Source: Candidatus Heimdallarchaeota archaeon (lineage in GTDB: Archaea; Asgardarchaeota; Wukongarchaeia; Wukongarchaeales; JBHIFL01). Taken from it: DNA of 47,723 bases. The notes under the pieces are model-generated. The model was not told the DNA's origin. It made no database searches and was given only the letters and a program-made list of their open reading frames with translations. The position numbers and the translations under genes were made by a program. Positions 38,517 to 47,723 of the stretch are shown here, piece after piece (position 1 is the stretch's first letter; each line of letters begins with the position of its first letter). The stretch is from the NCBI GenBank assembly GCA_046761065.1, contig JBHIFL010000027.1:1-47723 (forward strand), written 5' to 3'.

Positions 38517-39704
38517 TTACTTGAACCAATAATCCTCCTGTCGTTTTCGAAACCATTTCAATCCTATAATCCCAATGACTACAATCAGCACAGATGCTCC
38601 ACCATAAATCATCCAAGGCGCTATTTTCCGTTCTTTCGGAGGCATTTCTTTGAGTTCAAGGGAGAATCGGGTCAGTTCTTTGGTCGTCTCATCATCTTGA
38701 TCAAGAATCTCCTCTTGGAAGCGAATCTGGAAAGAAAGAATGACTTTGCTTAACGAATCGATGTCTAATTTTGACACCGAATAGGCAAACTCATGGATCA
38801 CTGGGGCATTCAATGCTACGATTTCAGATGGTTCGGTTGATGTGGACATGGAATGCACACGAACTCCTCCTTCCCCAATAAAATTTAATGAGACTTGAAT
38901 ATCATGGATACGACGAACAGGTCCTCTTGCATCCCACCCCCATTTCAGCACTTCCAGCTCGATGTGAATCGTATAGGTTTGATCATAATACCAAAAGGGC
39001 GGATCCGCCTTTTCGACGGCGATATTTCCTGATACCCGAAGGAGGGTTCCATCGATCCCTTGAACTTGATTAAAAGTAAACGTAGGACTAGTTTCTACTA
39101 ATGAGGGGCCTTCAGTAAGATCTAAGGGGAATTGGATTAGTTCTACTTCCGTCTTGGCGTCTGTTCTGATCGGCGCTCTCCCTTCCTCACAAGCTAAAAT
39201 GAGGGCAGCCGTTACAATTTTCGCTGGATCAGGAACTTCCTCGTTTAATATAATGAAAAAAACGGTTAAATGAATCGTATAATTGAGATCGTGGATTTCT
39301 GCAAATGTTTCCCGTTCTACTGAGCTCAACACATTTGCTCCTTCCGCTAAGAGGTGCAAAATGAATCGGATTTTATATAACCGATCCACATTGGAACCCC
39401 AACTCAGGAGTGTGATGGTTGAATTAAATGGGTATCTCTCCCCAATATTCATACGTGGGACAGTTGCATTCTCTAATTGCAATAATCCCGTTACGTTTAT
39501 TACTGAACCTCCTTGCAGGGTGATGTTTTTGTTGAATTCGATGCTTTCTGATTTTAAGGACTGGGTTTGTTCTTGTAGGATGGTAAACGATCGAGTTCCT
39601 ACTGTTGGAGAACTGTTTGGGCATCCTTCTATCCCTTTTGGTGTAAAAGTGATAACTATTAACAGTAAAAATAGATACACATTTCCTATACGACCTAACC
39701 TCAT
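38517..39704 (-). CDS. type I membrane protein with two internally repeated beta-rich domains
   Basis: N-terminal signal peptide; C-terminal helix WMIYGGASVLIVVIGIIGL followed by KWFRKR; repeat ITLLSWG..VDRLYKI vs LEVLKWG..VRRIHDI. Confidence 0.75.
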   Translation of the reverse strand: MRLGRIGNVYLFLLLIVITFTPKGIEGCPNSSPTVGTRSFTILQEQTQSLKSESIEFNKNITLQGGSVINVTGLLQLENATVPRMNIGERYPFNSTITLLSWGSNVDRLYKIRFILHLLAEGANVLSSVERETFAEIHDLNYTIHLTVFFIILNEEVPDPAKIVTAALILACEEGRAPIRTDAKTEVELIQFPLDLTEGPSLVETSPTFTFNQVQGIDGTLLRVSGNIAVEKADPPFWYYDQTYTIHIELEVLKWGWDARGPVRRIHDIQVSLNFIGEGGVRVHSMSTSTEPSEIVALNAPVIHEFAYSVSKLDIDSLSKVILSFQIRFQEEILDQDDETTKELTRFSLELKEMPPKERKIAPWMIYGGASVLIVVIGIIGLKWFRKRQEDYWFK

Positions 39705-39859
39705 CTTCGATTTCTCCTATACACTTTGAGCTTTCAATGGTTAAGTCTTGCATAGCTTGGATCTAATTCTGCTACGATTTGTATGTATACAGAAGAATGT
39801 TATCATGGATTACTCAAAGATAGCTATAAATGATTGCCTATTCTTTCACCACTTGAGCG

Positions 39860-40663
39860 TTGGTGAACGAATTGATACGCACAGAAATCGCGACGAAGAA
39901 AGCATTATTCATAGATGTAGATGGTGTCATATGGCACGGGAATCGAATGATCGAAGGTGTGAATGAGACCATCACAGAGCTCCAAAGATCTAAGAAGGTT
40001 ATTTTTATTACAAATAATTCCACCTTGACGCGGCTCCAATATCAGGCGCGGTTGACCCAACTGGGGATTCACACCACAATGGAGGAGATTATGACAAGTG
40101 GATACGCCGCAGCTATGTACTTAGCCGGAAAGGCACGGGGCGCCCGGATCTTTTTGATCGGGGAAGAAGGGCTTAAATCGGAACTCGAACAGTGTGGTTA
40201 CAAAGTTGTGGAAGAATATACCCAGTCAGAGATCAATTTTGTCCTTGTAGGTCTTGATCGCTATTTTACCTATAACAAGTTAGCACATGCGATGACCGCT
40301 ATTCTGAACGGGGCTCGATTTCTTGCAACAAACGCTGATGCGCAACTACCTGCTGAACGGGGACTACTACCTGGGGCCGGGTCTATAGTCAGCGCGCTTA
40401 GCACATGCTCTGGGAAAACACCTGAAATTGTCTTTGGCAAACCAAATTCCTTCCTACTTGAGCTCTCTCTGAAACACCTCGGGCTTCAGGCGCAAGATGC
40501 AGCCATGGTAGGGGATCGCATAGAAACCGATGTGCTTGCAGCTAAAAAACTTAATATGTTTAGTATCCTTGTTTTATCGGGGGTCACCTCCCAAGAAAAA
40601 CTTAGAACTTCCGATGTGACACCAGATCTCGTGCTTAATACCATCAATGATCTTCTTGAATAA
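39860..40663 (+). CDS. HAD-IIA (NagD-like) phosphatase
   Basis: DVDGVIW, FITNNS, ATNAD, PGAG, GKP, MVGDRIETD, VLSGV. Confidence 0.93.
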   Translation: MVNELIRTEIATKKALFIDVDGVIWHGNRMIEGVNETITELQRSKKVIFITNNSTLTRLQYQARLTQLGIHTTMEEIMTSGYAAAMYLAGKARGARIFLIGEEGLKSELEQCGYKVVEEYTQSEINFVLVGLDRYFTYNKLAHAMTAILNGARFLATNADAQLPAERGLLPGAGSIVSALSTCSGKTPEIVFGKPNSFLLELSLKHLGLQAQDAAMVGDRIETDVLAAKKLNMFSILVLSGVTSQEKLRTSDVTPDLVLNTINDLLE

Positions 40664-40732
40664 AATGGACCCCCAATTGGAAATAATACTTCGTTACAAC
40701 GGCTCATTCTTTATAGGAGGCATCGATGCACT

Positions 40733-42145
40733 ATGAAAAATAGGACTCGACTTTTTGGGACCGCTGGTGTGCGTGGCTTTACGAATGTGGATATTACCCC
40801 CGCGATGGGACTTCGCTTAGGTCTTGCCGTAGCAACATATTTTAACCACCAGGGCCAAATCCTACTTGGACATGAAAGCCGGTATGGGGCCCAATCTATT
40901 AGTGATGCAATACGTTCCGGCTTAACAGCTGGAGGTATGGATGTTTTTGAATGTGGGGAACTTCCCCACCCGGGATTATGTTGGGCGATAAGACAGCACT
41001 CTCCCAAGGGAGGGATCTATGTAACTGGCTCCCATATGGAACCCGAGCGGGTTGGGATCATGGTTTTCATGGAAGATGCTGCTCCTGTTATTGGATCGAC
41101 ACTTTCAGAGATCGAGCGTATCTATTTCGAAGGTCCACGTGGTGTTGTTTGGAACAAAATGGGAAGTGTTAATATGGCTCCCTATGGAGTGGAGACGTAC
41201 CTTCAAACCGTCCTAAAGCTCGAAAAAGAACTTGTAGCTACAGTTGCACAAGAAAACTTTCAAGTGGTGGTGGATCCAGGCCATGGTACCATGCGGAAAG
41301 CCTTACCACACCTTCTTCATCTTACAGGAGTCGATACTATTGTTATGAACTCAAACCCTGATCCTCTCTTCCAAGGCCGCCACAGTGATCCTTCACCTGA
41401 AAATTTGACAGAAACTGCACGACACGTCCAACAACTTGGAGTAGATCTTGCAGTAGCAGCTGATTCAGACGGAGATCGAGTTTCTTTTGTTACAAATGAA
41501 GGAGCACCGCTATTCGGCGATGTTATTGGAGCCCTATTTGCCGAACAAGCATTCAAGGAATACGGTTCGGGACCGGTTGTCACATGTGTAAATGCCTCTA
41601 GTTTAATAGAATGGGTATCCGAACAATACGGTGGTGAAGTAATATACACCCGCATTGGTCCCCCAGATACTGTTCGTCACATCAAAAGCCATTCCCCAAT
41701 CTCCGCTTATGAAGACGTAGGTAAATTTTATTGGCCGCGTAAGATAGGTAATTTCTGGGGGGATGCAGGTCTTGCTGCCCTTGAATTATTGGGCCTTCTT
41801 GCCATCGAACAAAAGTCCCTTGCTGATGCCATCCAACATTTTCCTAAATTTACAATCGTCAAAACCGGAGTAGAAGTCTCTGAAACAGAAAAATATCCCG
41901 TTTTCGAAAAAAGTCTACAGTCGATAGACCAGATAGTAGAGCCGAATGCCCGTATTCTGACCATCGATGGCATCCGTACATTTTTTACAGATGGTTGGCT
42001 TCTGATCCGCCCCTCGGGAACTGAACCGGTCATTCGCGTTTATGCAGAAAGTCGTAATTCAAATCGCGCCTCAGAATTGGCTCAACTGGGTATAGATCAT
42101 GTTCTCGAAGCAAAACGATCTTTTTCTCAGAAGTTCTTAAAGTGA
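40733..42145 (+). CDS. alpha-D-phosphohexomutase (PGM/PMM/GlmM family)
   Basis: LFGTAGVRG, TGSH phosphoserine loop, DSDGDR metal loop, RPSGTEP. Confidence 0.92.
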   Translation: MKNRTRLFGTAGVRGFTNVDITPAMGLRLGLAVATYFNHQGQILLGHESRYGAQSISDAIRSGLTAGGMDVFECGELPHPGLCWAIRQHSPKGGIYVTGSHMEPERVGIMVFMEDAAPVIGSTLSEIERIYFEGPRGVVWNKMGSVNMAPYGVETYLQTVLKLEKELVATVAQENFQVVVDPGHGTMRKALPHLLHLTGVDTIVMNSNPDPLFQGRHSDPSPENLTETARHVQQLGVDLAVAADSDGDRVSFVTNEGAPLFGDVIGALFAEQAFKEYGSGPVVTCVNASSLIEWVSEQYGGEVIYTRIGPPDTVRHIKSHSPISAYEDVGKFYWPRKIGNFWGDAGLAALELLGLLAIEQKSLADAIQHFPKFTIVKTGVEVSETEKYPVFEKSLQSIDQIVEPNARILTIDGIRTFFTDGWLLIRPSGTEPVIRVYAESRNSNRASELAQLGIDHVLEAKRSFSQKFLK

Positions 42146-42367
42146 AATTATATAGACAAACAGAAAGCCAATTTCAATACCCATTTATAGCCTTCTAATT
42201 ATCTCCATAATAACTGTTACATGAAAAGCTTTCTCTGATACAACTAATACTATGTCCTATCAATTTCTCTGAAATTTCGGAAGAAGGGAAAAATAAAGGC
42301 AGTCTCGAACTAACCCTCCTCCAATGGTTATCTTTCCTTTGGATTCTCTGAATGTATTTTGCTTTTT

Positions 42368-43561
42368 TCAGGAGCTATAAGTCTGCATTATAACTGTTTC
42401 CTGATCAGGCATTAACCCAATCAAGTCTAACTCTTCACTTTCCACAAAATATCTTAGTTGTCCTTGGCAATGACCCTTTTGAAACCGTATGCGGGGTCTT
42501 GCATGTTTAAATAAACGGAAAATAAGCGAAAGGATGAAGAGGATGAAGAAAGGTATCCCTAGGAATGTGAATAAGAAAGGAGAAAGAATCATCGCTACCA
42601 ATAAGACAAATGCTGGAATGAAGAAGGATATTTTTTGCAAATGGACATTTTTAATGCAGCCATCCTTCGTCAAGATCAAGTATTCATATTCCATTTCGTC
42701 TCGAGACGCTTCTAATTGATGTTTCAAGTTACGATAGGTCTGGAGCGATTTCTTGATATAAAAGGGATTCCTCAACACCAAAAAGATATTAACTCCTAGA
42801 ATTGCTCGCGTTAAAAATCCTGTTCGTTCTTCATCACGAAAAATAAGCCGTTGATTTGTAGCAAAAAGATCAACCTTCGGGGGTCCTCTCACCAGATTAA
42901 CTAAGGACCAGAGCCATCCTATGACAAACATAAGAACTCCAATCCCGATAAACCAAAAAACACTCGGCCAGTCGAAGAGGTGTTGAGGCCTGTTGGGATC
43001 TGTCCACCACTCTGCGAACTCCCCGGTCCCATACTGGATGAAGTTCAATCCATCGTCTAATATTAAAAAGATAAGAACGGCCGATACTCCCCATAACACA
43101 AGGCCGATAATTGGATCGAGAAAATATTTCCGGATATAGCCCTTGTGGAATTTGATTTTGATAGTTTTCGGAGGGAAAAGTAGGTGTTCCTCTGGGAGAA
43201 GAGCAATTTCTTGATCTGGGTCTGCAAATGCAAACTCTGGCTTGACTACTTCAGGTTTCACCACCACCGGTCGAACATGTTCAATGGTCACCGTTCCCGA
43301 TTTCACCGCCCTTCGGATTAGAAGTACCTTTGCACCGCAGTACCCACAGAATCGTTCCTCGCCTTTGAGATTTGCACCACACATTCGACAAAACTTATCC
43401 CCAGTCTTCGCACCACAGTATTGACAAAATTTATCTCCTAGCTTCAACTGTTTCCCGCAGGAGTGACAAAACTGAGTCCCGGGCATTTCTATGTCTCCAT
43501 TCAGCATAATCTGGAAATGTTTACGCTGGGGTTCCAGTCTGACAAAGAAGGGTTCTCCCAT
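42368..43561 (-). CDS. double zinc ribbon membrane protein (start may be ATG 43486)
   Basis: four CxxCG motifs (FCHSCG, FCQYCG, FCRMCG, FCGYCG), several transmembrane helices, ATNQRLIF bPH-like motif. Confidence 0.8.
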   Translation of the reverse strand: MGEPFFVRLEPQRKHFQIMLNGDIEMPGTQFCHSCGKQLKLGDKFCQYCGAKTGDKFCRMCGANLKGEERFCGYCGAKVLLIRRAVKSGTVTIEHVRPVVVKPEVVKPEFAFADPDQEIALLPEEHLLFPPKTIKIKFHKGYIRKYFLDPIIGLVLWGVSAVLIFLILDDGLNFIQYGTGEFAEWWTDPNRPQHLFDWPSVFWFIGIGVLMFVIGWLWSLVNLVRGPPKVDLFATNQRLIFRDEERTGFLTRAILGVNIFLVLRNPFYIKKSLQTYRNLKHQLEASRDEMEYEYLILTKDGCIKNVHLQKISFFIPAFVLLVAMILSPFLFTFLGIPFFILFILSLIFRLFKHARPRIRFQKGHCQGQLRYFVESEELDLIGLMPDQETVIMQTYSS

Positions 43562-43735
43562 CTAAATATACGTTTTCTTTTACTTGGAATTGACTTTTCT
43601 GTATTGTTTCTGATAGGCATTTAGAAAATTCCTCCCATCCTATAGGATTCATATCTCTAAATTTTTTATTCCAAATTTTTTGTGGTCCAATAACCAGAAC
43701 GGACTTATTTGAAGAATAGATTACTTGATGATATT

Positions 43736-44143
43736 TTAGCTTTGATTAAAGGAAACTTTGCTTGAATAGTAACTCTCATTATCTATCAAATGGTTGTGTG
43801 AAATTATTTCTTCTTTTTTCGTTTCTGTTTTTTGATTTCTGATCTCAAATTCCTTCTTATATGTCATAACAAACCTCATCAGTCTGGTTCCAAGTCATTA
43901 AGCCGTTTAAGGTGTCATAGCTACTCTTGTATTTATTCGTACAATATTTCTCCCCTCTTCGGCTGGGTTGGGAAACTGTTGCCCCAACTCTAGGATAAAA
44001 TCATGGTCTGAGATGAACAGCCTAGAAAAGTTCACATAGATTGCATTCTGCGCATTTTCGATCATAATAATTCGGGGATATGCGGTCAAAGTATCTTACG
44101 ACTCTTATTTTTCTTGTGTTATTTCTTCCGACTTGATCCTCAT
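43736..44143 (-). pseudogene. DUF3467-like gene with five in-frame stop codons
   Basis: AAGGAGGAGG SD then ATG 44143; YVNFSRL...DFILELGQ...RVAMTP*TA**L; stops at 44107, 44098, 43909, 43900 (TAA) and 43897 (TGA). Confidence 0.7.
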
Positions 44144-44284
44144 TTTTCCTCCTCCTTTATATGGTTTCAGTGATATTTTAATTAAATGAAAAGAAGTCAA
44201 CTATTCCATCCTAAGGAACGGAACTTGTATCTGAGTGAAAAACCATTTAAATCTCCTTTTTCATGACGGTTGGTTAGTTCCTGC

Positions 44285-44998
44285 TCATTCAATACAACCC
44301 CGAGACATTTTGGGCTTATCTGGATCTACTTTCAAATATCCTTGTAAGGCTTGAGCTGACATGGTTATTACCTTAACAAGAAGTTGATTTACACTAGACG
44401 TTACCTCCTCAGTGATTAACTTGTGATTTCTTGCAAGGCTTCTTGGCATTCCTCGTTTTGTTAATTTCTGAGCATTTGGTATGAACCAACGCGCGTAGGC
44501 CTTTATCACCTGTCTATAAAACCCAAAACCAACTTCGCTTATGGCATCTCTCTTATGAAACACCTCTCTCAAGGCAAACTTCTCCAAGACACCCCAGTTT
44601 GATTCCCCTGAGCATTTAAATACATAAAAATCCAATGCGATCTCTCGCATCAAATGCTCTAGTAAGGTCATTCGCTTTTGACTAATAGGGTCATACATCC
44701 CAATAGGAACACAAATAGGATATTCCATTGAGGTGTAGCTTCCTTCATGCCACAAGAAATCTGCTAGAATGTGAAGCTGCCAGCCCCAAATGTAAGCTTT
44801 TGCCCTCCATGTGTGCCACAGTGGGTTCGCTTTGCTCGGAAAGATGTGGGTAGGCTCTCTATAAAACCGTGTAACCGGTAATTTCTGAATGTCGGGGAAA
44901 ATCGCACCAATTAGAATTGTGGGAAGTAATTCGCGGTCTAGCCCTTCTGTCTGGTTCACCGCTTGCCGAATAACGTACTCGTGTGCCAAAAAAAGCAT
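44285..44998 (-). CDS. zinc-dependent phospholipase C-like metal hydrolase
   Basis: N-terminal H, GAIFPD, TH, GWQLHILADFLWH, HLMREIALD. Confidence 0.75.
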   Translation of the reverse strand: MLFLAHEYVIRQAVNQTEGLDRELLPTILIGAIFPDIQKLPVTRFYREPTHIFPSKANPLWHTWRAKAYIWGWQLHILADFLWHEGSYTSMEYPICVPIGMYDPISQKRMTLLEHLMREIALDFYVFKCSGESNWGVLEKFALREVFHKRDAISEVGFGFYRQVIKAYARWFIPNAQKLTKRGMPRSLARNHKLITEEVTSSVNQLLVKVITMSAQALQGYLKVDPDKPKMSRGCIE

Positions 44999-45531
44999 AG
45001 TTCGAATCCCTCTTCATATAGCAATCCTCGTTGTTATTCAACCTAAAAGTTTGTGGGCTTCTGTATGTTGCAGTCATAGGAGAATGGAAAGTCAATGCAA
45101 GTTCTTTCACTTCTTCCTTCGAAAAGGAGAGGGTTTTTTACTTGAGATCCTTATTGTTTAAGAATTTTCATAATGGAAGTTCCATTCCACTTCTCATCGG
45201 AGCAAAAAGGCATAAATAGAAGTCCTTGTTATAAAAGATATGTGATGGAAGGTAAAAAACAAAGAAAGCATATATGTCAAGCATTAAGAGAAGAATTTGA
45301 GGTAAGTTTTAAGCGTAGAACTATCCCATGAGAACTGCTGGTGAGGTTAGTATGGAATGTATTCATAGATATATGGAAATCCAGATTGCTATCCTATAGT
45401 GAAATTTGGCACTACTAAAAGTAGCGGTGCTTTCTCCCACAAAAATCACAAAAATATTTTTGATAAATTTCATACTCACTCAACTCAAATGAACATCCCT
45501 CCTGGTACACCTCATTTAACTCTTCTAGGAG

Positions 45532-46614
45532 ATGCGAACTGTGCCAAATCTAAAAATTTTCCATCTTCAAGATCAGTCCGATACTTTGGTGGTCCATCGC
45601 CGCAAGTTTCCGGACATACGCAAAATTTACAACTTCTGTCAGAAAAAGGAGATCCCTACCGTTGAAATAAAATCAAAATCAGTGTTTGATGCTGCCAAGC
45701 ACGTTCACCGGGAAATAGATGCCTATGGGGCAACTTCCCTCATTATTCTCGGTGATAATGACCAATTTCCTAGTCTTGAATATCGTTGGGAAAAAGGGAA
45801 GGGTTATACTGATATCATCTATAGTGACCCTCATTATGGAAACCCTACAATCAAAGTTGGCCGTATCTATGGTGCCACAAAGACGATCTTAGCCCACCTC
45901 GAAGGAAAATACGGAGACTCCAATGAAGCAGTAGTGTTTGATACGGCTCCTCACCGTAATGAACTCCCCATCCAAGCGTTGGAGGCCCTTGGCTTCAGTA
46001 CTTTCCTTACCAGTGGTTTTTCGGACAATACACGTCGGATGATGGAACGCGCGGAGTTTGTGCTCCAATATAGTGATGGAACTATCTATGATCGTATCCA
46101 TGGGGATCCTACCCGTTGGTATGGCGGTCGTCGTCTCCGGACACTTCTCCATTATACAGATGTGCTCACAGTTGCGTTCAAATACTATCCGGTTGTCTAC
46201 GCCGAAGCTTGCAATACCGCCAACTTTGGTCCCTTGGTCTATAACTTTTTGGCCAAGAAAGCCATCTATGTGGGATCTACGACTCCCACCTATAATAATA
46301 ACATTGAATACGATAATTGGCAGACCTGTCACTTCTGTGATGGGTACAAATACGGTTTTCTAGACCTCCTTGATTCCCGTGATACCATAGGCGAAGTTAA
46401 GCGAGATGTTGACGCTGGTCTTGTCACCACATTAGATCGAGAAAATTGTAAACAATATGAATTCTTGCTCCGTGGGAAGAAACGCGAGCTAAAAACCATT
46501 GCACTCTTATCGACCATCCAAAATCTATTATTGGGGAACCCAAACCGACCTACTACAGTTGGATCAGGTGCAGTACGGTTTAATATCACGAAAATTCCTG
46601 TTACCGTGTCCTAA
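45532..46614 (+). CDS. C25 (gingipain-like, clan CD) cysteine peptidase domain protein
   Basis: LIILGD...P, TDIIYSD, IKVGRI, HG (IHGDP) and AC (AEACNT) dyad motifs; no signal peptide. Confidence 0.65.
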   Translation: MRTVPNLKIFHLQDQSDTLVVHRRKFPDIRKIYNFCQKKEIPTVEIKSKSVFDAAKHVHREIDAYGATSLIILGDNDQFPSLEYRWEKGKGYTDIIYSDPHYGNPTIKVGRIYGATKTILAHLEGKYGDSNEAVVFDTAPHRNELPIQALEALGFSTFLTSGFSDNTRRMMERAEFVLQYSDGTIYDRIHGDPTRWYGGRRLRTLLHYTDVLTVAFKYYPVVYAEACNTANFGPLVYNFLAKKAIYVGSTTPTYNNNIEYDNWQTCHFCDGYKYGFLDLLDSRDTIGEVKRDVDAGLVTTLDRENCKQYEFLLRGKKRELKTIALLSTIQNLLLGNPNRPTTVGSGAVRFNITKIPVTVS

Positions 46615-46755
46615 TGTGAAAACCCGCTTGTATCAGAACCGCATTGTAAGTATTATGTCATATTAGAGACAATATGTAGAAAGATCATTAATATTCTACA
46701 AAAGTAAAAAAGATATTTAAATTCCTAATAAGATGTTTGGAATATTTTATAGGCT

Positions 46756-47721
46756 TTAATTTACAACCTTTGGCTCTTGTCTGACGAGTAGGTACCCTTT
46801 TCTCTCAGTACCAAGGGATTTTCTGAAAGCCTCCCCTGCTTCGGGCTGGCAATGTACAATCAAGACCATAGTTGGATCCATTTGGGTTACCTGGGCTCTT
46901 AGTCCTTCTGGAGACGCATGTGAAGTGAAATTGAACGTTTCTACTTGAGCGTTTAACTGGAGATCCATCTCGTCCCCATTAGGGCTTGAAAGCGTGAGTT
47001 CTCGTTTACCTTTAAGAATTGAATATCCTATAGTGTTTTCGACTTGATATCCGACAAGCGTGAGCAATGTGTTGGGATCTTCCCCACAATATTTCAAGTA
47101 ACTATGAATGGGTCCTCCTTCAAGCATACCTGACGTGGTGATAATGATACTAGGAGAGGACTTCTGCATGAGCTCACGTCGGAGTGTTTCTTTAGATGTC
47201 CCATTTCTTTTACGAATAGGTGTGAGCATTTCATGATCAAATGGCGTTGAAAGTGTCCGTTCTGCGCTCCATTGTAAGATTTGAGGGCTCACCCACTCTG
47301 GGGTGAAGTATCGTTTGTAAATCTTGTTCATGTCGAGGATCATTCCATCCACATACGTTCGAACAAGGTCTTCGAACTTTTCCACCATCGCTACCTGCAG
47401 CTCTTGACTTCGGCCGAGGGCAAATGACGGGATCAGTACTTTGCGTTTTCGAGCAATCGCTCTTAAAACCATTCTTGTCAAGCTTTCGATCACTTCTTTT
47501 CTTTGAGGAACTGGACGAAGTGCATTGGTTGCTTCCGTTATGATAACATCAACTTTCTCGTTTGGTAACCGGGCTGGATCATGCCAAATGGTTGGTATAC
47601 TCATCTGATCTCCCGTATAAAAGAGGATTGTCCCATTCCACTCCAAGAGGATCCCTGCACTTCCGAGAATATGCCCAGCATCCAAAAACGTTGCAGTCAC
47701 ATCATCAGCCAACTTGAACTT
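46756..47721 (-). CDS. beta-CASP metallo-beta-lactamase ribonuclease (aCPSF/YSH1-like), 5' end outside the window
   Basis: AGHILGS, YTGD, PSFALGRSQEL, TSGMLEGG, VGYQ, SHA, VH; frame open to the window edge. Confidence 0.9.
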   Translation of the reverse strand, partial: KFKLADDVTATFLDAGHILGSAGILLEWNGTILFYTGDQMSIPTIWHDPARLPNEKVDVIITEATNALRPVPQRKEVIESLTRMVLRAIARKRKVLIPSFALGRSQELQVAMVEKFEDLVRTYVDGMILDMNKIYKRYFTPEWVSPQILQWSAERTLSTPFDHEMLTPIRKRNGTSKETLRRELMQKSSPSIIITTSGMLEGGPIHSYLKYCGEDPNTLLTLVGYQVENTIGYSILKGKRELTLSSPNGDEMDLQLNAQVETFNFTSHASPEGLRAQVTQMDPTMVLIVHCQPEAGEAFRKSLGTERKGYLLVRQEPKVVN

Positions 47722-47723
47722 AT

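Noticed and set aside
1954-46589. Many short ORF-track entries antisense or out of frame within long genes (e.g. 7560-7964, 16768-17127, 39283-39729, 45889-46332)
   Set aside because: They overlap well-supported genes and lack recognisable motifs; treated as shadow ORFs.
1-47723. Genome-wide stop-codon reassignment (TGA or TAA) to explain the interrupted genes
   Set aside because: TGA ends etfA, the methyltransferase and the phosphohexomutase, and TAA ends gyrB, etfB and the Fe-S oxidoreductase, at their expected C-termini. TGG and CAA are used normally.
1-47723. CRISPR array, rRNA, tRNA, transposase or integrase
   Set aside because: No regularly spaced repeats, cloverleaf/T-loop pattern, rRNA-like tract or DDE/tyrosine-recombinase motifs were recognised by eye.

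Overview
A 47.7-kb chromosomal segment, most likely from an Asgard archaeon (inference). Supporting this are archaeal-type genes and SD/TATA signals, a Rab-like GTPase, a longin-like protein, a Get4-like protein and an S1P-like subtilase. Housekeeping content includes gyrBA, an ETF/acyl-CoA dehydrogenase/membrane Fe-S oxidoreductase cluster, MTA salvage genes (mtnP, divergent mtnA), sugar-phosphate enzymes, htpX and a truncated beta-CASP nuclease. The most notable observations are: (1) a protein resembling eukaryotic Get4/TRC35 along its whole length, near htpX and a C-terminally anchored membrane protein; (2) a circularly permuted cofactor-independent phosphoglycerate mutase with a remodelled substrate pocket; (3) a GC-richer family B DNA polymerase with degenerate proofreading motifs and a rewritten motif B; (4) gyrB apparently needing a non-canonical ATT start; (5) two frame-preserved genes interrupted by several nonsense codons; (6) the two halves of a normally fused kinase arranged tail-to-tail. 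No rRNA, tRNA, CRISPR array or transposase was recognised. All family assignments come from motif recognition by eye, not from database searches.
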